Part shown: piece after piece, positions 6,405 through 15,320 of the stretch
Position numbering within the stretch: position 1 is the first letter of the stretch
How the letters are laid out: every line of letters begins with the position of its first letter
Source of the DNA: an uncultured virus (IMG/VR IMGVR_UViG_3300024351_000022)
Taxonomy: Duplodnaviria > Heunggongvirae > Uroviricota > Caudoviricetes
IMG/VR virus record: IMGVR_UViG_3300024351_000022
Strand: one strand, 5' to 3'
Length of the DNA: 20,000 bases
Translations under genes and position numbers: made by a program
The notes under the pieces: generated by a model
Seen by the model: the letters and a program-made list of their open reading frames with translations, nothing else
Database searches by the model: none
Told to the model about the DNA's origin: nothing

Positions 6405-8645
6405 TCAGGCCATGGCGGCGGCGAACATCTGGCGGATGAGGTTGGCCGGGAGCTTGGCGGGCACCGGGCGGGATGGTGGTGGAGTGTGGGTAGATTGCGG
6501 CCGTGGGGCAGGCGGGTCAAGCGGCTTGACGGGAGCCGGTGCGGGCGCTGGTTTCTGGGTGGGAGCGGGGGCTGTGGCGGCAGCGGGGATGGTGGGAGCT
6601 GCCGGGGCGGGTTCGGTGCTGCGGCGGGGATTTCGCGGTGCCCGGGCGGGCTTGACGGTATCCAGGGATGGCCGGTGATTTTCCACCCACTGATTCGCCA
6701 GATCGCTGAGGCGTGGGGCGAGAACGGCGGTGTAGTTCTTGCGGACCTCGGACTCATCGATGGTCTTGGTGGTGGGATCAAAGGAATCCAGGGTCTCGCG
6801 GAGGAGGTCGGCGAGATTGACCTCCTCGCGGTCTGTCTGGAAGAGGCGGCCATCGAGGGCGAGGTCATTGGAATCGCCCTTTTCTTGGAACATGGAGAGG
6901 AGGCGCTCATCGATGGTGCCCTTGGCTGTCATGAGCCAGATGGTGACATCCTTGGGCGAGATGAGGCGGTGGACGCGGTCGATGGCTTGAGCATTCTTGT
7001 CCCATGCCCAAGTGAGGGAGGGGAGGACAAGGTTGCTGGCCATGTGGAAGGAGTGGCCTTCTCCCATGGACTCAATGCCGCAGATGACGACGGCGAGTTC
7101 ACGGGCCTTGAATGCCTTGGAAAGGGAGCCGCGTTTCTGGGGGGACAGGCGGCCATCCAGAATGGCGTGAGGGACACCGGCATCCCGGTAGAAACCGGAG
7201 AGCATGCTGGCGAACTCTTGGAAGGGGGAGAAGACAACGAGCTGTTCATCCTGCTCCATGAGATCTGCGGTGAGCTGGAGGATTCCAGCGATCTTGGGGT
7301 TCATGACGGTGCTGGCGCGGGCCTGGCCGAGGGTGGTGGACCACGGGGCGATGGCGGCCATGCGTAGGTTGGCAAGCTGGGTGCCGATGCTGGCCAGCGG
7401 GGTCTTTTTCTTGGGGGGATTGCAGGCGTGCCAATGGTAGGTGGCAAACTGATCCTTGCCGGGGGCAAAGTGCAGGGGCTTGAAGACCTTGCGGACAAGG
7501 TCTCCCATGTCGTCCTTGCGGCGGCGGATGATGATGGGGCCGAAGAGTTTCCAGAGGCGATGGACGTTGCAAATCTTGTTCGTCATCTTCACCAGGCGGC
7601 GGCCGGTGCGCTGGTAGGCGGTATGATTTTCCTCGATGATGAGGTGATTGCGGCAGAAGTCGTGCTGATCGGAGGCGGAGCGGCCGAAGGGCCAGCGGGC
7701 GGTGGGTTCCACGGAGTAGCCGCAAACCCAGGAGATGAGGAAGAATGAATCTGACAGCTTGTTCTTGATGGGGGTGCCGGTGAAGACAAAGCGGTTCTCC
7801 GGGCAGAGCTGGAGGACGCCACGGGCAATGTGGGCATCCTCTCCGGACTTGAGGCGGACGCCTTCATCGCAGCAGACGGTATCAAAGGCGTGGGTGATGA
7901 GGGTGGAAAGGCTGGGCGAGCCGACGCATTTGATCTGCCAGCCATCGTAGTCCCGAACCATGCCGATGTTGTGGCGATAGGGAGCGGGGATGTGGTGGGC
8001 GAGATTGAGCGCCGGGCCGGGGCTGGATGAGGCAAGGGCATCGTCATCGTCCTCCTGTTTGGGTGGGCATTCGTCCGAGCCATTGTAGCCGAGCCATTTG
8101 TAATCCGTGATGAAGAACTCAGGGTCCTCGATGCTGTCGGCCGGAGCCGAACGTTCGGCTTGGCCGGTGCAGTCCAGCGTGAGGGACGGAAGGATGCCAT
8201 TGCGCATCATGGCGTAGGCATCATCCTGATTCCGGATGATGATGGGGCGGATGCCGAAATGTTTCTCGCCCTCATCCTGGATCTGCTCGATGAGTGAGGC
8301 GGGGGCGACGATGAGAGTGCGGCGTGAGCCGCGCATGAATGGGATGGAGTAGATGCCGAAGGTTTTGCCACCGCCTGGATCAAGGGCAACGATGGCTCCG
8401 GGGTGCATGGCAGCGCGGGAGAAGTCCTCGACCTGGAAGTCGCGGAAGGCAAATGCAGGCTGGGGAGCGGCGGGGATATCGGAGATGTTGGAGATCATGG
8501 AGGTGGGATGATGGTGATGAAAGTAGGTGGCGAGTCTGGCAGGTGTTTCGATCAGGCCGCAGTGGAAGCAGCGTTGATAGGCGGAGTTGTATTTCAGGAA
8601 GGAGTGCCCGGATGGGTTCCCGCAGTTGGGGATGTAAGGCGACAT
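6405..8645 (-). CDS. SNF2-family (SF2) helicase/ATPase
   Basis: Walker A DPGGGKT, Ia LIVAPASL, II CCDEGV, III FTGTP, IIRRRK, IV VVFSPF, V MGEGHSF, VI QAIDRVHR; Pro/Ala tail; alternative start at 8498. Confidence 0.9.
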   Translation of the reverse strand: MSPYIPNCGNPSGHSFLKYNSAYQRCFHCGLIETPARLATYFHHHHPTSMISNISDIPAAPQPAFAFRDFQVEDFSRAAMHPGAIVALDPGGGKTFGIYSIPFMRGSRRTLIVAPASLIEQIQDEGEKHFGIRPIIIRNQDDAYAMMRNGILPSLTLDCTGQAERSAPADSIEDPEFFITDYKWLGYNGSDECPPKQEDDDDALASSSPGPALNLAHHIPAPYRHNIGMVRDYDGWQIKCVGSPSLSTLITHAFDTVCCDEGVRLKSGEDAHIARGVLQLCPENRFVFTGTPIKNKLSDSFFLISWVCGYSVEPTARWPFGRSASDQHDFCRNHLIIEENHTAYQRTGRRLVKMTNKICNVHRLWKLFGPIIIRRRKDDMGDLVRKVFKPLHFAPGKDQFATYHWHACNPPKKKTPLASIGTQLANLRMAAIAPWSTTLGQARASTVMNPKIAGILQLTADLMEQDEQLVVFSPFQEFASMLSGFYRDAGVPHAILDGRLSPQKRGSLSKAFKARELAVVICGIESMGEGHSFHMASNLVLPSLTWAWDKNAQAIDRVHRLISPKDVTIWLMTAKGTIDERLLSMFQEKGDSNDLALDGRLFQTDREEVNLADLLRETLDSFDPTTKTIDESEVRKNYTAVLAPRLSDLANQWVENHRPSLDTVKPARAPRNPRRSTEPAPAAPTIPAAATAPAPTQKPAPAPAPVKPLDPPAPRPQSTHTPPPSRPVPAKLPANLIRQMFAAAMA
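8146..8159. repeat. palindrome copy 4
   Basis: Exact core inside the SNF2 gene (QAERSA). Confidence 0.95.
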
Positions 8646-8663
8646 GGGAGTGGAATGACGGGG

Positions 8664-9260
8664 TCAGGCGAAGCAGTAAGCGCCGATGCCGACGCTGGTG
8701 AAGCGATCGACGGTGGTGAAGGTGAAGTCATCCAACTTCACGCGGAGATGAGTGCCCCAGCGGTCGCGGATGACGCCGTATGCTCGGCCCTTTCGCATGG
8801 CGAATTCCGGCAAGGAGGATTCTCCGGGTCCGCAGACAAAGGTAATGACCGTGCCGGGCTTCACGGACGCCACGGGAGGGCAAGACGCAACAGGCGTGGG
8901 AGGCGGGCCAGATGCGAGCCGTGTGGCAAGGCATTTGCCATTGTGATGCCATTTCCCATCAGCGAAGAGATAGACGTTGTCGTCGTGATCAAGGCACGAG
9001 ACGATGTAATTGAGCGAATGCGATTCAATGGGTTTGACTTCATCCCAGGATTCGCCGCGATCCCGATGGTAAGCGGTGACGGTTCCGTCACGGCCGATGG
9101 AGGAAAGATCGCCGAGGGAAACAAGTGCAAGGGCAGAGGGGAGGGAGTTGAAATGCTCCATGAGGCGATTGCCGTTCCATTCGGGGTAGCCATCCGAGTG
9201 GCAATAGACGCCGGTGTATTTTCCTTCGTGAGAAACGATGATTGCGGATCTGGTGGACAT
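8664..9260 (-). CDS. conserved phage protein with YCHxDGYP motif
   Basis: MSTRSAI...GVYCHSDGYPEWNGNRL, a recurrent uncharacterised phage family; extra C-terminal domain after a Pro linker. Confidence 0.75.
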   Translation of the reverse strand: MSTRSAIIVSHEGKYTGVYCHSDGYPEWNGNRLMEHFNSLPSALALVSLGDLSSIGRDGTVTAYHRDRGESWDEVKPIESHSLNYIVSCLDHDDNVYLFADGKWHHNGKCLATRLASGPPPTPVASCPPVASVKPGTVITFVCGPGESSLPEFAMRKGRAYGVIRDRWGTHLRVKLDDFTFTTVDRFTSVGIGAYCFA

Positions 9261-9304
9261 GACGGTGATGGTGTTCAGTGGTGAGGAGTCGGGAGCCGGG
9301 AGGA

Positions 9305-9342
9305 AATGAAAAGCCCCGCGCCGGGGATGCCGGGGCGGGGCT
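9305..9342 (-). terminator. Rho-independent terminator
   Basis: Minus strand AGCCCCGCCCCGG-CATCC-CCGGCGCGGGGCT followed by TTTCATTT, intergenic. Confidence 0.7.
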
Positions 9343-9361
9343 GGTGGTGGTGGGGCAGCGG

Positions 9362-9610
9362 TTAGGAGTGGATATGCTCGCGGTGCTTGTCGAGGTAGAG
9401 CTTGATGTCTCGGATTTTCTGATTGATCTGATTCCGCGCTTCGCGTGCTGCGGTCCAGGCGTCGGGGCCTTGGACGTAATAATCCCGGGCATTGAATTCG
9501 ATGGAGCCGAAGGCGTCGATGAAGTTGTGGAGAGCGTCGTCGGCGGCATCGTAGCCTTCAGCGAGCATTTCGCGGGAGGTTCCGTTGTGGTGAATCGTGG
9601 GAAGAATCAT
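9362..9610 (-). CDS. conserved small phage protein
   Basis: MILPTIHHNGTS...NARDYYVQG; start reassigned to 9610 because the longer ORF overlaps the methyltransferase. Confidence 0.75.
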   Translation of the reverse strand: MILPTIHHNGTSREMLAEGYDAADDALHNFIDAFGSIEFNARDYYVQGPDAWTAAREARNQINQKIRDIKLYLDKHREHIHS

Positions 9611-9647
9611 GGTGGATGGAGCTTGAGTTGAGGGTGGTGGGGTGGGG

Positions 9648-11282
9648 TTAAGCGGCGGCACCGGAGAGTCGGGCGGAGATCCGGGCCTCCAGGCCGAGGA
9701 GGATGGCCTTGTTCCGCTGATACAGGGCGGGATTGGCCTGGGTGACATCGGGCGGGACGGGGGTGATGAAATGCTCGTTGAAATTCGCGATGACGTGGTG
9801 GTGGATGGTGCGGTCATCTTTCCTCTCCACCTCGGGAGCGTCCTTGAGACGGCTGACGTGGTAGAGGTGGAGGTGTCCGTCATCGCCAGAGATTTCGATG
9901 ACGAGTTCCTGAGAGCGGAAGGAGATAACCTCCCGCTGACCGGCAAGGTTGGTCTTCTCGCCAGAGATGACGATGGACTCGGTGTAGGTGCGCAGTTTGT
10001 ATTTCCGCCCATCGACAATGCCGTGGAGGCGAGATGTGCAGGCTTCGATGCAATCGACCTCATCGATCCAGCCGAGGGCCATCACGGGGTTGGGAGTGTA
10101 GAAGGGAGCGCGGACGCTGTTGTAGGCGGCGACGGCGGCATCGACGGCGGCGACGAGATCCGGGCAGACGGACCAGGTATCGCCCTTGATGGCGGCCATG
10201 AGGGCGACGCGGCTGGCCTGCTGGACGACGAGCTGCTCGGGGCGCCTGTGGTTGAGGTGCTGGAGCTGCTCGACCACGCTCATGTCGAGCTTGTGGCTGG
10301 CAAAGGTATCGAGCTGGGTCCGGATGCGTCCGCGCTCATCGAGCCAGATATTGACTTCTCGTGGGTGGTCGAGGTGGCGGCGGCCGTATTCGTCCATGAT
10401 GGCGTCCCACTTCGCGGCCTGGGTATCGTGGGAGCTGAGGTAGGACGAGTCCAAGGAGCGACCGCGGAAGGCGAGCCGGCGGAAGGAGCGGGCTTGGCTG
10501 AGGGTCTGGCGGACGGTATCGGCATCGCCGGACGGTGCGATGAGGTGGATGGGTGGCTCGGTTCCGTGGTTATTGACGCCGTGGGTGGCGGAGAAATAGA
10601 CGACGGCCGTGGGGAAAGAGCTGTGCTGATTCTCAAAGACGACGCTGGGGATTTCCAACCAGCACCAAATGTGATGGCGCAGGGGGGAAGCGGCATCGCC
10701 AGACGGATGGCCGAGGAAGCGGGCCAGCGTGTCGTGATTGCCAATGAGGTAGCCTTCCCCGGTATCGGTGAGGAGGTCGATAGCCATGAGCAGGGAAGCG
10801 AGGGTGGAATCGATGGTGCCGTTCGATTTCCACTCATCGAAGGCAAGCCGAACGTTCGGCCTGCGGCTCGCCGCCAGCGGGGCAAAGCGATCGGCATGCC
10901 AGCGCAGGGAGAAGGGGGGATTCACGGTGGCAAGATCGACGCGGAAGGAGACCTCGGAGGCGATGGGATACCATTTCGTGATGTCCGCCTGATGAACATG
11001 GAGGCGGGTGACGGCATCGCCGGTGCCGCGATGGGACTTGGGAGCGCGGTGATCGATATCCAGGCCGTAGCCATCGGACAGGCCGGTGCCGGAAAGGAGA
11101 TTGCCGGATCCGCAGTTGGGATCGAATGCCCAGGTGTGACCAGCGGCGAGGGGGACGGTCAGGGCGGCGGCGAGGGAAAGCGGAGTGAAGAATTGCTGTT
11201 GGCCTTGATCCATGGCGTTTGTTGCGGAGTCAAGGAAGGTGCCGAGGTTGGCATTCTGAATGCCTTTGCCAGTCTGTTTCAT
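9648..11282 (-). CDS. N6-adenine DNA methyltransferase (gamma-type motif order) with large C-terminal extension
   Basis: Motif X QQFFTP, motif I FDPNCGSGNLL, GLDID, motif IV NPPF, VFEN. Confidence 0.85.
   Translation of the reverse strand: MKQTGKGIQNANLGTFLDSATNAMDQGQQQFFTPLSLAAALTVPLAAGHTWAFDPNCGSGNLLSGTGLSDGYGLDIDHRAPKSHRGTGDAVTRLHVHQADITKWYPIASEVSFRVDLATVNPPFSLRWHADRFAPLAASRRPNVRLAFDEWKSNGTIDSTLASLLMAIDLLTDTGEGYLIGNHDTLARFLGHPSGDAASPLRHHIWCWLEIPSVVFENQHSSFPTAVVYFSATHGVNNHGTEPPIHLIAPSGDADTVRQTLSQARSFRRLAFRGRSLDSSYLSSHDTQAAKWDAIMDEYGRRHLDHPREVNIWLDERGRIRTQLDTFASHKLDMSVVEQLQHLNHRRPEQLVVQQASRVALMAAIKGDTWSVCPDLVAAVDAAVAAYNSVRAPFYTPNPVMALGWIDEVDCIEACTSRLHGIVDGRKYKLRTYTESIVISGEKTNLAGQREVISFRSQELVIEISGDDGHLHLYHVSRLKDAPEVERKDDRTIHHHVIANFNEHFITPVPPDVTQANPALYQRNKAILLGLEARISARLSGAAA
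10847..10860. repeat. palindrome copy 5
   Basis: Exact core inside the methyltransferase (PNVRL); flank polarity inverted. Confidence 0.95.
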
Positions 11283-11301
11283 GGTGGTGATGTGGGATGA
11301 A

Positions 11302-11315
11302 GCCGAACGTTCGGC
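11302..11315. repeat. palindrome copy 6
   Basis: Exact core 19 nt upstream of the methyltransferase ATG. Confidence 0.95.
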
Positions 11316-11330
11316 TTGGGGGTTGGCGTT

Positions 11331-12074
11331 TCAGAGGAAACTGCTAGGCATGCGTCGGATGGGAGCGTGCTTTGGAGATGGAGGTGCTGGCGCTGCCGGT
11401 GGAATGATTGGTGCCGGTGCTTGCTTGGGGTAGGCCGGGCCGCAGTCGGTGGATTTTCCATCGGCCACGCCGGAGTGGTAGGAAATGGGATCAACTTTTG
11501 GCGCTCTGGAACCAGTTGATAAACGAGGGTTGTAGTCCGCATTCAGGGCCGTGGCCATGGGTCCCTTCACATATTCCTTTGCGGCGAGGACAAGCCCGGG
11601 GCGCTGGATGGAGGATCTGAGATTTGAGTTCACGCCGTTGAGGAATCCATACATGTAAGCAGATCGCTTGATTGAAGGATTGAGCTTTTTTTGAGCGCGG
11701 TAGCTCCGATTCATGGCATCCATGAGGAAAGTGTAGGCGTCCACAGAGATTTCCACTTGTTCGGGTAGGCCAACGAAAATCATGTGAGTGGTTTTTCCTC
11801 CTCTCCGCAGGAAAAGGGATTCCGTGCCGATGGCGCTGCTCACGATGTTCGCCGCCCAGACAGGAACGGGGCCGCGAGATGCGGGGGCGAGGCCGTGAGT
11901 CAGCGGGGATTTGTGGGCATCGTGATCCGGTGGGATGTCGCCAAGGCTTAGTCCTTCTTTCTCGGCAAGGCGAGTAGCGAGGTTCATGGCATTCGCCGCC
12001 TCGCCTGGAGATGCGGAAGGGCAGGCGGCGACATTGAGCAGCTTGCGAATGCGTGCAAGGAGGTCGGAGTTCAC
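11331..12074 (-). CDS. DUF2786-domain protein
   Basis: LLARIRKLLNVA...SPGEAANAMNLATRLAEKEGLS; downstream FVG and RSAYMYGF segments typical of this family. Confidence 0.8.
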   Translation of the reverse strand: MNSDLLARIRKLLNVAACPSASPGEAANAMNLATRLAEKEGLSLGDIPPDHDAHKSPLTHGLAPASRGPVPVWAANIVSSAIGTESLFLRRGGKTTHMIFVGLPEQVEISVDAYTFLMDAMNRSYRAQKKLNPSIKRSAYMYGFLNGVNSNLRSSIQRPGLVLAAKEYVKGPMATALNADYNPRLSTGSRAPKVDPISYHSGVADGKSTDCGPAYPKQAPAPIIPPAAPAPPSPKHAPIRRMPSSFL

Positions 12075-12129
12075 GGGATGCGGTGGTTAAGGTGAGGGTA
12101 TCCGGTAGGGAGTTGGATGGTGCGCATGA

Positions 12130-12480
12130 TCAGAGGAAGTTGATGGGCAATAAGTGGATTGCCCGTGGTTGCTGATGTCGGGACAAGCGGCCTTCGGCTT
12201 GAGTGTGAAATGGGATGATCGATGGGTTCGGGATCGCAGACTCAAGGCGGGCTTTGTAGAAGTCCGGGTAACGGGCGGCGCATGTGGCAGCGGAGGTATC
12301 GATCCGTTCTTGGAGTAGCTGTTCAATGGCAGTGACTCCGCACTTGGCGAGTGGGCGCTTCTCGCCGGTGATGGCAAGGATCAGCGCTTGGCGGATGGCC
12401 TTGTTTCGTGGTCCCATCATGTTCCATGGATCATAACGGAAGCGGGCGAGGATGGTTTTGACTTGGGCGATGTTGTGCAT
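12130..12480 (-). CDS. hypothetical protein
   Basis: 116-aa ORF starting 3 nt after the upstream stop. Confidence 0.65.
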   Translation of the reverse strand: MHNIAQVKTILARFRYDPWNMMGPRNKAIRQALILAITGEKRPLAKCGVTAIEQLLQERIDTSAATCAARYPDFYKARLESAIPNPSIIPFHTQAEGRLSRHQQPRAIHLLPINFL

Positions 12481-12483
12481 GGG

Positions 12484-13056
12484 TCAGATGATGAAACCGT
12501 TTGGGATGCGGATGGGAGCGGAGGGCGAAGCCGAACGTTCGGCTTGGAGCGGTTCGGATGAAGGAAGAGAATCCGAGGAGTTCTCGGGGGATTCATCGTC
12601 ATCCTTGGAATCGTAGATCGGGAAACCGTGCTCCTTTTTCACGGATCGAAGCGTCGTTCTCCGATCCCAATGCAAGTCCAGCTCGGTGGCGGGATGCCGG
12701 AGGATTTCAGGGAGGTAGATGCTGCCGAATTCCGCGCAATCCGCCCAGCCATTCAGGCAAACAAATCCCATGGCCTGCGTGCGCCCATCGGAGAATTCAA
12801 TCTCGGTGATCCACCAGTCCGACGATGAATTGAAGTAGTGGAAATAGACCGGGGCGCTATCCCCCATGGAGTCGGTGGAATAGAGCTTGGGGGCATCCTT
12901 GAGATCGATGGAAAGCTGGAGGAGGAGATCGTGGAAGTATTCTCCCTCCTCTCCCCGGAGCAACTCGGCGATGATGCGTGCCTGTTGGTGAGGGAGGATG
13001 CTACGAAGTGAATCAATGAGGCGTGTGCCAGCGGTGATGATTTGATTTCGAGTCAT
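12484..13056 (-). CDS. DUF2958-like protein
   Basis: PKLYSTD...HYFNSSSDWWITE...GFVCL...EFGSIYLPEI...ELDLHW; start placed at MTRNQ (13056). Confidence 0.75.
   Translation of the reverse strand: MTRNQIITAGTRLIDSLRSILPHQQARIIAELLRGEEGEYFHDLLLQLSIDLKDAPKLYSTDSMGDSAPVYFHYFNSSSDWWITEIEFSDGRTQAMGFVCLNGWADCAEFGSIYLPEILRHPATELDLHWDRRTTLRSVKKEHGFPIYDSKDDDESPENSSDSLPSSEPLQAERSASPSAPIRIPNGFII
12530..12543. repeat. palindrome copy 7
   Basis: Exact core in the 3' tail of the DUF2958 gene. Confidence 0.95.
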
Positions 13057-13073
13057 GGGATGATGGGGATGAA

Positions 13074-13087
13074 GCCGAACGTTCGGC
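13074..13087. repeat. palindrome copy 8
   Basis: Exact core 17 nt upstream of ATG 13056. Confidence 0.95.
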
Positions 13088-13098
13088 TTGGGTTGGAA

Positions 13099-13530
13099 CA
13101 CAGAGACCCGCGCCAGATTGCTCCGACGCGGGTCCGTGGTAGTTGACGCAACACCGTGCGTCGCCAGTGCCTTTCGGCGGGTAGATTACTCAGGGATCTC
13201 CGAAAATACAGGACCGTCCATCCACGCAGGGATGTGCGGGACAAACACCTCCCCGTAGGGGGTGTGACTCGGTGGTCGGCGGCGACGGAGGATGCCAATC
13301 CTGATGCCGTCTTTCTTTACTTGAAAGCAGGCACCCTCTTGAGAGTCGGCCCAGGCATGGGCTGACTCTCGATCTTCAAACTGCGCTTCTTTTGAAGCGC
13401 CAACAAGTAGTAATGACATGATGAAAAGCGGGCATCTCACCCGTCACGCCCCGAAAATTCACTGGCTCCTCAGCGGCATCGGAGTAACTGCCGCTTTCGG
13501 TGTCTTGGCCTACCACAGCCGCGACCGATA
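13099..13530 (-). ncRNA. putative structured non-coding RNA (unclassified)
   Basis: At least 9 hairpins in ~430 nt, with minus-strand GCAA, GAAA and cUACGg tetraloops; boundaries approximate. Confidence 0.5.
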
Positions 13531-13582
13531 ATTTCTAATACACCGTATTGATACGGCTCAATGATTTAATGAATCAACCCAA

Positions 13583-13596
13583 GCCGAACGTTCGGC
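13583..13596. repeat. palindrome copy 9
   Basis: Exact core; perfect 30-bp palindrome 13575-13604. Confidence 0.95.
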
Positions 13597-13661
13597 TTGG
13601 GTTGGAAAAGGGATGGTCCTGCCCGCCGGGGGAGGATAGCGGGCAGGACCTGGGGCCAGCA

Positions 13662-14705
13662 TCAGATGACCCACCGCCTCGGGGGAGTGGCGGCTTTCGC
13701 GCTGCGAGGGGGCAATGGCGCGGGGGTTTCCGGGATGCTGGCAGGTTCCGGGGGAGATTCTGGGGCGGCGGCCGTGATGGCGGCATCCGTGCCAGCGAGT
13801 CGGGAGGCAAAGGCAAGCGCGTCCTCGGAGTAACCGGCCAGCCATGCCTGACGCTTGCGGGACCAGCGGAATCCATGGGATTTCATGGAGTCGCGAGTCC
13901 CCTCATCGGGGATGCCATTGAAGCGAAGTTCCAGAGCCTTGCCCTTGGGCGTGCGGGTGAGGATAGGGGGGGCGGATGCCACGGGCTTGGGATTGGCAGG
14001 CTTGCGATTCGCCGGGATGGCCGGGGCGCTGGGTTTGGGTGGAGCGGAGCGGGGGATGGGGTGGATGCTCCATGATTGCATGCAAGGTCCGCCGGGTTCA
14101 GGAATCAGATATCCTCCGGTTTCGGACATGAGGGTGAGGCCGTGCGACCCGATCCGGTAGCCGATGATCGGGTCATCGAACTTGAATCCGGCATTGAGCG
14201 GGAAGCGTGGGGATTCATGGGCGAGGTCGGTGGTTTTGACGCCGAGATATTCCAGCCAGTCCTTCACCGATGAAGCCGAACGTTCGGCTTGGGGTTCCTT
14301 GGGGGATGACAGGTCCGCAAGGCGACGTTCGAGGGCGGTCAGGGATTGGTCGATTTCCTTGGACAGCGGAAGGTCGATTTCCGGGTCCTGCTGGTGGATG
14401 CAAAAGGCGAGATGCTGGATGAGGCAAAGGACCAATTCATCATCGAATCCATTCCGGGCACCCGTGATGAGATATTCCCGGAGTTCCTTGATGTAGATGG
14501 AACGGGTCTCATAATCCTCCCGAAGTTTTTCAAGCTCTTCACGGATGACTTCTTCGGTTTTTTCCGCTTCGTCTTTCGGGAGATAATCGTCTTCGCTGAC
14601 GAGGCCGGTGTATTCACGGATGAGGCGTGGTGCCTCGGTGAACGTGTTCCGAAATTGCCGGAGTTGCCCGGCGATGTTTTCAATGACGGGATAGGGATGT
14701 TTCAT
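13662..14705 (-). CDS. multi-domain hypothetical protein with C-terminal FxxxP...GFRW domain
   Basis: LELRFNGIPDEGTRDSMKSHGFRWSRKRQAW resembles the small domain at the C-terminus of DUF3560-type phage/plasmid proteins; helical N-terminus. Confidence 0.75.
   Translation of the reverse strand: MKHPYPVIENIAGQLRQFRNTFTEAPRLIREYTGLVSEDDYLPKDEAEKTEEVIREELEKLREDYETRSIYIKELREYLITGARNGFDDELVLCLIQHLAFCIHQQDPEIDLPLSKEIDQSLTALERRLADLSSPKEPQAERSASSVKDWLEYLGVKTTDLAHESPRFPLNAGFKFDDPIIGYRIGSHGLTLMSETGGYLIPEPGGPCMQSWSIHPIPRSAPPKPSAPAIPANRKPANPKPVASAPPILTRTPKGKALELRFNGIPDEGTRDSMKSHGFRWSRKRQAWLAGYSEDALAFASRLAGTDAAITAAAPESPPEPASIPETPAPLPPRSAKAATPPRRWVI
14275..14288. repeat. palindrome copy 10
   Basis: Exact core inside CDS 13662..14705 (QAERSA). 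Confidence 0.95.
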
Positions 14706-14726
14706 GGTGATGATGAGGTGGGTTAA

Positions 14727-14740
14727 GCCGAACGTTCGGC
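14727..14740. repeat. palindrome copy 11
   Basis: Exact core 21 nt upstream of ATG 14705. Confidence 0.95.
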
Positions 14741-14753
14741 TTGGGTTGGATTG

Positions 14754-14975
14754 TCAAGCGGCTTGCCTGCGGGTGATTTCGCGGGACCAGTAGGAGGCGG
14801 CTTCAAGGTCCTGAGGGTTCTGATGATTCCTCCAGTCCTGATAGGCGTGACGGAATTGGTATTTCGCCACGGAGATGCGGCGGCGGCGCTTGCGGCGTTC
14901 CCAAAGAAGCACGGGGATCAGGACAAGGAACTCGATGGCGATGAGGATGAGGATACCAAGAAGATGATAGGGCAT
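14754..14975 (-). CDS. small single-pass membrane protein
   Basis: MPYHLLGILILIAIEFLVLIPVLLW followed by basic ERRKRRRR. Confidence 0.7.
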   Translation of the reverse strand: MPYHLLGILILIAIEFLVLIPVLLWERRKRRRRISVAKYQFRHAYQDWRNHQNPQDLEAASYWSREITRRQAA

Positions 14976-15000
14976 AATGTCGAAAAAAGATGAGGCCCAA

Positions 15001-15014
15001 GCCGAACGTTCGGC
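15001..15014. repeat. palindrome copy 12
   Basis: Exact core; perfect 28-bp palindrome 14994-15021; 25 nt upstream of ATG 14975. Confidence 0.95.
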
Positions 15015-15048
15015 TTGGGCCAGGCTAGGTGGCAATGAAGGGCTTGGA

Positions 15049-15303
15049 TCAGGCGGCATCCGCCATGAAATCCCGATAAGCGGGGGAATCTTCGATGAAG
15101 TCGAAACCTGTCGGGAAATTCACCGGCTGATGATCGGAAAAATCCTCGATAGTGAGGGTTTCATCGTGACCGTCTCCGGTGATGGTGACGTGCGATGCGT
15201 TGCGGCTGAGGGCTTTTTCGGCCTTGGTTTCTGCTTCGCGGGTGGAACGGGCGGAGGTGATGACGCTGTTCCCTGATGGGTAGAAAATTTCGAGTTGGAT
15301 CAT
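15049..15303 (-). CDS. hypothetical protein
   Basis: 84-aa ORF between two palindrome copies. Confidence 0.7.
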   Translation of the reverse strand: MIQLEIFYPSGNSVITSARSTREAETKAEKALSRNASHVTITGDGHDETLTIEDFSDHQPVNFPTGFDFIEDSPAYRDFMADAA

Positions 15304-15320
15304 GGGGATGAGCCAGCCAA

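Noticed and set aside
6405..11282. DISARM, BREX or type I/III restriction system
   Set aside because: No DrmA/DrmB/PLD, PglZ/BrxC, HsdS/HsdR or nuclease genes recognised; the context is phage early genes
9642..11300. Long + strand ORFs (also 1680..2318, 6486..7367, 8403..9284, 15433..16083)
   Set aside because: Antisense shadows of motif-bearing minus-strand genes in GC-rich DNA
12184..12201. Degenerate palindrome CAAGCGGCCTTCGGCTTG
   Set aside because: Only the right half matches and the centre is altered; possibly a decayed copy, so not counted
13186..13440. 84-aa ORF (77 aa from ATG 13419) as a protein-coding gene
   Set aside because: No recognisable features and it lies wholly in the hairpin-dense segment; not excluded, but ncRNA explains the sequence better
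13460..13505. Hammerhead ribozyme (minus strand CGAAA...CTGAGGAG)
   Set aside because: Core-like words are present but stems I-III cannot be formed in the required arrangement
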